Source: Algoriella sp. (GTDB lineage Bacteria > Bacteroidota > Bacteroidia > Flavobacteriales > Weeksellaceae). From it: a stretch of DNA of 64,000 nucleotides. The stretch covers positions 19 to 64,018 of the forward strand of contig NZ_JAVXKG010000016.1 of assembly GCF_036647415.1 (NCBI RefSeq). The letters run 5' to 3'. This document shows, piece after piece, positions 57,987 through 64,000 of the stretch. The position numbers were made by a program, and so were the translations under genes. How positions within the stretch are numbered: position 1 is the stretch's first letter; every line of letters starts with the position of its first letter. A model generated the notes under the pieces. That model did not search any database and was not told the origin of the DNA. It was given only the letters and a program-made list of their open reading frames with translations.

Positions 57987-60305
57987 CTAATCTTTTAATT
58001 CAATATATTTTGTTACTTCTTTTCTATAATTTATCGAAGCTCTAATTGCTAATAAACCATTTATTCCCTGCAAATCATTCACTTCTAAATATTCGATATC
58101 ATCTTTCAAATAATTTTCAGCAATCAATAATTTAAAATATTCTGCGTATTCTTCACGTAAAACATCTTCCGTATAAATTACACAAATTTTACCTGGTTGA
58201 TTTATTCTTTCTGTTGAATCTTTTATAAATGCTTTACTTATTCTTTTCTTAATTATTTCGTATTTAGCATTATTGTAACCATTTACATCAAATCGTTTTT
58301 CATCTAATTTAAAAATAATATCCAACGTGTTATTTGTTGCTAAAATTAATGAAGCTACATCTATTTCTATCGGAACTTTTTCACGAATATTATTATAAGC
58401 TTGCTCTAACGCTAGGTTTGCTTGCAATTGCCAAAATCTTATTTTCTTAACATCTTGATAACTAAATTTTTTCTGAGGCGCAATACTTCTTCCAACATAT
58501 AAATTATAATCAATTCCATCTGTTTTGAAACGCTCATAATAATGTGGAAAAATATTTTGAGCATCTAGTTGAAAAATATCTAACTTATTTGATAATAAAG
58601 AATTGATCATCGAAATTGATTGATCAAATTTTTTGCGTTCGATGTAAAATAAACCCGTCGTAGAATCTAATTTTTCTAGATATTCTGTAATAATAGATTT
58701 TTCATCTTCTTTTACATATTTTGGAATTTCGGGATGAATATTTATCGCGATATAATCAAATAATTCGCTCTCAAAATAAATTTTATCAACATTATGTATT
58801 CGTTCCGAAAAATCTTTTAATTGGTCAATATATTCTAAAAACTTATCTTTTTGTGTACGTCTAAAAAGTTCTTCGCATATTTGTATCAAATAATCAAGTT
58901 GATTTTTATAATCAATACGCATACAATTATTCCGAATGAAAGATGAATTTCTAACATCTATTTCGCCATATATTGGATACACATTCTGAAAAGAAACCTG
59001 AGATTTAGGCTTACTATTTGTGATATGCACCAAATGTTCGCGCGCTTTTTCTCTAAATTTCCAATCTACACTTGGATGCAATGACGTATATTCAGTCTGA
59101 ATGTAAGCATTAATCTGATTCTCAAATTCGACAGAATAACGGTAAATAGATTCTTCTAAAAGTGGAGTAAATTCTCGTAATAAATTCGCATTAACACGAT
59201 TAAAAACACCCGATTTTTTAGATGCAATTTCTAAAATTCCTAAACAATCATCTCCATTTTTAAGTGGATAAAGTATCAAACTTTTGTAACCTTTTTCTGA
59301 AACAATTTTCAATAATTTATCTTCTGGTTGCTTCTCTAACATAGAATCTACATTAGAAATTACATAATAATCTGATTTACTGATTTTATTTTCGAGATGA
59401 ACACATGCTACTTCATCCATTTGAAAATCATTTTTACTATTTAGCAATAAACTCGTAGTCATGTGCTGCAACGGGCTATTTTCTAATAAACTGGTTTCTG
59501 AATTATAAATAGAAAAACCAAGCTCCAAATCGCCAAGTTTGAAAATAGATTTTAATGCTGAAGTTATATCAAGCTTTACCAAATCAAATGGTTCGCCATA
59601 AGTCAATAATTTACTTTTCAATTTTGATAAAGCAATTTCGGTCGTATTATCAAAAAACGAAACTAAATTAAATCCTTTTGCAATCCATGATTGTAGCGGA
59701 ATATATTTCATCCAAAGAGCTGTGTCTTCGTATTTGTTTAGTAATTCTTCTATCTGATCTTCAGATAATTCATACTTTTCATCTGTCGGAAAAATTGAAA
59801 AATAATCATGATTAATGTCTGTTCCTAGATAGATTTTATATCCCTCATCATTAATTATTTCTAATTGATTTGACATTGCGAGATATAAATTTTTATTGTA
59901 ATATTTTGACAAAATAAAACAACAACAAATCTTGTAAATGTTATCATAATCAAGATCCGAATACGTTAGTTTTAGTTTCGAATGTTTGTTATGTAATAAT
60001 TCTTTTAAACGATCTGTCGCAAATATAAATTTATCTGTAAAAGGAAAAGTTATTGCCTTTAAATTATTCTTTATCAAAGGTTTTGGAATAATTTTATCGA
60101 TAATTGGCTCTACATCTTTTACTAATTTTTCAAATTCTTCAAAAGTTTCTACACCATTTATTAGTTCTGGCTTTGTTTCTTTCAAATAATCTAAAAACAC
60201 TTTAAATTCTCCAAAATTATATTCAGAATTTTCTAATTCTTCAATCAAAGAACTGAAAGAATAGACTATTTTTAAGGGTAGTTTATCTATAAAATTAGCA
60301 GTCAT
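57987..60305 (-). CDS. GAF-domain protein with putative divergent class III nucleotidyl cyclase domain
   Basis: GAF core SLILYPLKNGDDCLGILEIAS; LHPSV, FQNVYPIYGEIDVRNSS, RFKTDGI, FDVNG, QPGKICV. Confidence 0.75.
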   Translation of the reverse strand: MTANFIDKLPLKIVYSFSSLIEELENSEYNFGEFKVFLDYLKETKPELINGVETFEEFEKLVKDVEPIIDKIIPKPLIKNNLKAITFPFTDKFIFATDRLKELLHNKHSKLKLTYSDLDYDNIYKICCCFILSKYYNKNLYLAMSNQLEIINDEGYKIYLGTDINHDYFSIFPTDEKYELSEDQIEELLNKYEDTALWMKYIPLQSWIAKGFNLVSFFDNTTEIALSKLKSKLLTYGEPFDLVKLDITSALKSIFKLGDLELGFSIYNSETSLLENSPLQHMTTSLLLNSKNDFQMDEVACVHLENKISKSDYYVISNVDSMLEKQPEDKLLKIVSEKGYKSLILYPLKNGDDCLGILEIASKKSGVFNRVNANLLREFTPLLEESIYRYSVEFENQINAYIQTEYTSLHPSVDWKFREKAREHLVHITNSKPKSQVSFQNVYPIYGEIDVRNSSFIRNNCMRIDYKNQLDYLIQICEELFRRTQKDKFLEYIDQLKDFSERIHNVDKIYFESELFDYIAINIHPEIPKYVKEDEKSIITEYLEKLDSTTGLFYIERKKFDQSISMINSLLSNKLDIFQLDAQNIFPHYYERFKTDGIDYNLYVGRSIAPQKKFSYQDVKKIRFWQLQANLALEQAYNNIREKVPIEIDVASLILATNNTLDIIFKLDEKRFDVNGYNNAKYEIIKKRISKAFIKDSTERINQPGKICVIYTEDVLREEYAEYFKLLIAENYLKDDIEYLEVNDLQGINGLLAIRASINYRKEVTKYIELKD

Positions 60306-60335
60306 ATTTTAAGGTATAAATGACGAAAAGACTAC

Positions 60336-60343
60336 CAAAAATA
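60336..60343 (-). promoter_or_regulatory. -7 box upstream of the GAF gene, inside a probable yaaA terminator hairpin
   Basis: TATTTTTG within minus-strand GGCTACTA-TTTT-TGGTAGTC-TTTT. Confidence 0.45.
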
Positions 60344-60375
60344 GTAGCCTCTGTAAATTTATGAATTTTAATAAA

Positions 60376-61137
60376 TTAACGCGTAAATATTAAAGTTTCT
60401 TGAGTAGATAGATTTTCATCAAAACGATAATTGTCTACATTATATGCTTTTACTTCATCTAATGTTTGTACATTATTTTCTGCACAATATCTCGCCATTG
60501 CTCCACGTGCATGTTTAAAATACATCATTATTTTCTTAAGTTCTCCGTTTTTATAATCTTGAAATTCGACATCGATAACAGGAGCTTTTAATTCTTTTCT
60601 ATTCAAAACCTTCGCATATTCATGACTTGCTAAGTTCAAAATGAATTCACCTTTTTTTAGTTTTGAATTTACAAAAGGTGTCAAAATTTCTTTCCAAAAA
60701 CCATATAAATTCTTTGATCCGTTGACATCAAGCTTTGATCCCATTTCTAAACGATAAAGCATTATTTTGTCCGAAGGGCGTAAAATACCATACAAGCCCG
60801 AAAGTAAAAATGCATTTTTGTTAAGATAATCAATTGCATTTTCGTCTAATGTTTCTGCATTCAAACCTCGGTAAACTTCACCTTTAAATGCTAAAACAGC
60901 AGGAATAGCTTGCTTTGCGCTCGGTTTTATATTCCACGTATGGTTACGTTCGACATTCATATCTGCAATCTCTCTCGAAATTTTCATTAATTTTTCTAGA
61001 TCATTTGCATTCATTTCTTTCATTACACTCATTACCTCTTGCGAATAATCTAGAAACTGTGGCGTAGTTGCTTTCCACTTTGCATTTGTTTCTAAACTCA
61101 TCATTTTAGCTGGAGAAAGTAATATTTTCATTGTCAA
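60376..61137 (-). CDS. yaaA: Peroxide stress protein YaaA
   Basis: LLSPAK, FKGEVY.GL, LSGLYGILRP, YRLEMG, LNLASHEY, KHARG. Confidence 0.95.
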   Translation of the reverse strand: MTMKILLSPAKMMSLETNAKWKATTPQFLDYSQEVMSVMKEMNANDLEKLMKISREIADMNVERNHTWNIKPSAKQAIPAVLAFKGEVYRGLNAETLDENAIDYLNKNAFLLSGLYGILRPSDKIMLYRLEMGSKLDVNGSKNLYGFWKEILTPFVNSKLKKGEFILNLASHEYAKVLNRKELKAPVIDVEFQDYKNGELKKIMMYFKHARGAMARYCAENNVQTLDEVKAYNVDNYRFDENLSTQETLIFTR

Positions 61138-61152
61138 AATTTCTTAATTGTC

Positions 61153-61773
61153 TTATAAATAATCTTCTATATTACCCTTACCTTCACGCAATACTTCTAC
61201 TCCGTCTGTCATATCAACAATTGTAGATGCGACATTATCTCCATAACCACTATCAATTACGGCGTCTACTAACTTATCCCATTTTTCATAAATTAATTCA
61301 GGATCAGTTGTATATTCTACAATTTCATCTTCATCATAAATAGATGTAGATGCAATAGGATTTCCAAGTTTTTCTACAATCATTTGAGGTACAATATGAT
61401 CTGGAACACGAATACCAACCGTTTTTTTACCTTTATACGCTGTTGGCAAGTTTTTAGATGCGTTCATAACAAACGTAAACGGTCCTGGTAATGCACGTTT
61501 CAAAATTCTAAACGTTCCATTATCAATAGGTAATGTGAAATGTGAAAGATGGCTTAGGTCATTACAAACGATAGAAAATTGAGATTTATCTAATTTTACA
61601 CCTTTTATACGTGCCAATTTTTCCATGGCTTTTAAATTTGTTATATCGCAACCTAACCCATAAACGGTATCCGAAGGATAAATAATTAAACCTCCATTTT
61701 TTAAAATTTTAACCACTTGATCAATCGCTTTTTCTTGTGGATTTTCTGGGTGAATTCTGATATATTCTGCCAT
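61153..61773 (-). CDS. Sua5/YrdC/YciO family protein (YciO-like)
   Basis: YPSDTVYGLGC, LPGPFT, VGIRVP; STSI rather than STSAN. Confidence 0.88.
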   Translation of the reverse strand: MAEYIRIHPENPQEKAIDQVVKILKNGGLIIYPSDTVYGLGCDITNLKAMEKLARIKGVKLDKSQFSIVCNDLSHLSHFTLPIDNGTFRILKRALPGPFTFVMNASKNLPTAYKGKKTVGIRVPDHIVPQMIVEKLGNPIASTSIYDEDEIVEYTTDPELIYEKWDKLVDAVIDSGYGDNVASTIVDMTDGVEVLREGKGNIEDYL

Positions 61774-61910
61774 TTTTTATCGTTTATACAAAGGTACGAA
61801 TTTGGCATCAATAATAAACTTCTTCAAATTGTTGTTTTTGATAGGTTAATTGGTAAAATTGATGAATAATCGTATTGATTGAACTATTTATTTCATTTTA
61901 TAACACAAAA

Positions 61911-61938
61911 AAAACTGCATATCGAGATATACAGTTTT
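61911..61938. terminator. Terminator after argF'
   Basis: AAAACTGCATATC...GATATACAGTTTT. Confidence 0.7.
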
Positions 61939-61959
61939 ATGATTTTATTTTAGAAATAA

Positions 61960-62931
61960 TTACTTATTCTTCAAGATTTCGTGGAAAACGGTTTGTGCAG
62001 AATATATACGATTTGTTGCCTCATCTATTACAATAGAATGATCAGAATCTAAAACCTCATCAGATACAACTACGTTACGACGAACTGGTAAACAATGCAT
62101 AAATTTTCCGTTGTTTGTCAAATTCATTTTATCCATTGTTACTTCCCAATCTTTATCACCTTCGTTTTGTTGACCATAATTTTCATAAGAAGACCAATTT
62201 TTTGCATATACAAAATCGGCATCTTTCAAAGCTTCATCTTGGTCATAAGATATTATTGCTCCTTCTGTAAACTGTGTATCTAATTCTAATCCTTTTGGTT
62301 GTACAATTGTAAAATCTACCCAATCTACCTTAGAAAACCATTGTGCAAATGAGTTAGGAACAGCTTGTGGCAAACGTTTTGGGTGCGGTGCCCAAGTCAT
62401 CACAACTTTTACTTTTTTAGCTGGTTGTGTACCTGGTGTATAACCAGTTTTCTCTGCTATCGTAATTAAATCTGCAAAAGACTGTAAAGGATGCAATGTT
62501 GCACTCTCCAAAGAAACAACAGGAACAGAAGATAACTCTTTTACTTTATTGAACATGATTTCGTTATAATCTTCATCACGATCTACTAACTTCGGGAAAG
62601 TACGAACACCTAAAACATCACAATAAGCACTCATTACCTGTATTGCTTCTTTGATATGTTCTTGCGTATCTCCATTCATTACAGCTCCATCAGCCATTTC
62701 TAGCGTCCAAGAATCCGAACCTGCATTCAAAACCCAAGCATTTGCGCCTAAGTTATAGGCTGCCTTGATAGAACTAAGTCGTGTACGTAAACTTGGATTA
62801 AAAAAAATTAATCCAACAGTTTTATTTTTACCAATTTCTTGTTGTGCAAACGGATTTGCTTTTATTTCTAATGCAGTTTTTAGTAATTCGTCGATGTTTT
62901 CTACATCATAAACCGAAGTAAATTGTTTCAT
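61960..62931 (-). CDS. argF': N-acetyl/N-succinyl-ornithine carbamoyltransferase
   Basis: FFNPSLRTR, HPLQ, TWAPHP, HCLPVRRN; TAATTTTG box at 62965-62972. Confidence 0.92.
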   Translation of the reverse strand: MKQFTSVYDVENIDELLKTALEIKANPFAQQEIGKNKTVGLIFFNPSLRTRLSSIKAAYNLGANAWVLNAGSDSWTLEMADGAVMNGDTQEHIKEAIQVMSAYCDVLGVRTFPKLVDRDEDYNEIMFNKVKELSSVPVVSLESATLHPLQSFADLITIAEKTGYTPGTQPAKKVKVVMTWAPHPKRLPQAVPNSFAQWFSKVDWVDFTIVQPKGLELDTQFTEGAIISYDQDEALKDADFVYAKNWSSYENYGQQNEGDKDWEVTMDKMNLTNNGKFMHCLPVRRNVVVSDEVLDSDHSIVIDEATNRIYSAQTVFHEILKNK

Positions 62932-62989
62932 AATTGAGAAGAATCTTTTGTATTATTTGTTCTGCAAAATTAGTTGAAACAAACGAGGT

Positions 62990-64000
62990 TTAAAGATTAA
63001 TTGTAACTAAATTTAATATTAAATTATCCTTTTCTTTCGAAATCATCAAAACTTTATGATCATCTGTTATAGAATTTGGGGTAACATTATCTTCTGTTAA
63101 TTGAAATGATTTAGAAATAAAATTAGTGTCCGAATTTGCTATTTTCAAATTGCCTGAATTTTTCTTTAAATGTTCAAATTCTAAAATATTAAGTTGTTTT
63201 TTAGTTTGATCATAATTGAAATCGACAAAAGATATTTCGTCTTTATTGTATTTTTTAAATGAAGTGAACTCGTTTTTTGAATCAAAATTTAACAGAAAAT
63301 AATTTTTTGTTTGTGAAGAATACAAATCATCTCTTTCATTTTTTAGAATAAAAGAAAATCCATTTTTGGTATCAAAACTTATCAAGGGATTCAAATAATT
63401 TGAAACTTCATCCTTTCTTCCTATAAAAAAATCAAGCTTTGCTGTAAGTCTTAACCAACCATATAAATTTCGAGAAATTGTAGTTCCGTCCTCCTTCAAT
63501 TTCCATCTATAAAATCCCGCATATTTACTCTCTATCAAATCATTATAATTTTTTGAGGGAGATTTATATAGTCCAATTAACGTAAAACCACCTTCAAATT
63601 CCTCAACTCTCGAAATATCAAGAAATTGACTGCTTTCTGTATTTACATTGATCGAAGAAATCAATTTTCCATCATCTAAATTATAAATTTTAAGAACAGA
63701 TCCTAAAAACTTTCTTTTAGACTCAAAATTACTTTCAAGTATAAAAACTTTTCCATTTTTTATGCTAATTAAATTATAAAAACTTTGTTCTAATGAATCT
63801 CTATAATTTTTATAAATTTCCCAAATTGGACTTCCTTTTCCATCTAAAATCTCAATTTTACTTTCTCTAATTTTACTTGAAAATAAATACACTTTTGGTA
63901 ATACATAAGATTCAACAACAAAAAAAGTTTTATTATTATAAGCTATTGGTGTAACTTCTGATAAATTTTTCCCATTTTGTCCTTTCAGAATCTGATGAAA
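62990..64000 (-). CDS. Hypothetical protein, 5' end outside the window
   Basis: Frame is open upstream of the track start at 63892 through 64000 (FHQILKGQNGKNLSEVTPIAYNNKTFFVVESYVLPKV...). Confidence 0.65.
   Translation of the reverse strand, partial: FHQILKGQNGKNLSEVTPIAYNNKTFFVVESYVLPKVYLFSSKIRESKIEILDGKGSPIWEIYKNYRDSLEQSFYNLISIKNGKVFILESNFESKRKFLGSVLKIYNLDDGKLISSINVNTESSQFLDISRVEEFEGGFTLIGLYKSPSKNYNDLIESKYAGFYRWKLKEDGTTISRNLYGWLRLTAKLDFFIGRKDEVSNYLNPLISFDTKNGFSFILKNERDDLYSSQTKNYFLLNFDSKNEFTSFKKYNKDEISFVDFNYDQTKKQLNILEFEHLKKNSGNLKIANSDTNFISKSFQLTEDNVTPNSITDDHKVLMISKEKDNLILNLVTINL

Noticed and set aside
4868-62283. About 40 short (60-140 aa) ORFs antisense to or overlapping real genes, e.g. 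9706-9933, 11109-11477, 12465-12887, 17398-17736, 42359-42697
   Set aside because: Shadow ORFs of well-supported CDS with no recognisable motifs
1-64000. CRISPR array, tRNA/rRNA, prophage, intact IS or integron
   Set aside because: No regularly spaced repeats, RNA gene signatures, phage genes, transposase or integrase seen by eye

Overview
AT-rich chromosomal window from a Bacteroidota/Weeksellaceae bacterium, Empedobacter-like by gene content and TAnnTTTG promoters. About 60 CDS; no rRNA, tRNA, CRISPR array or intact transposase was seen. Bases 1-9.5 kb form an accessory stress/detox patchwork (ArsR, HxlR, nitroreductase, NmrA, PLP decarboxylase, MFS) with gene scars. The rest is mostly core: efp-lpxA-lpxC/fabZ-lpxD, HD/porX-tsaE, pnp-lpxK, fadD, MATE, tesB, a tandem-duplicated TolC-HlyD-MFS efflux operon, yaaA and argF'. 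The best candidate for an undescribed system is 52.6-60.3 kb. There, a 'GAF protein' appears by motif reading to hide a divergent class III nucleotidyl cyclase. It lies beside an HD-phosphohydrolase fused to a Pycsar-type membrane effector domain, and a divergent lipoprotein that fuses a metallophosphoesterase, a PI3K/HipA-like kinase domain and an Omp85 barrel. Also found: three copies of an IS982-like MITE (two with target-site duplications) and two AraC 3'-tail scars bracketing a gene cassette. All calls are by eye; no database searches were run.
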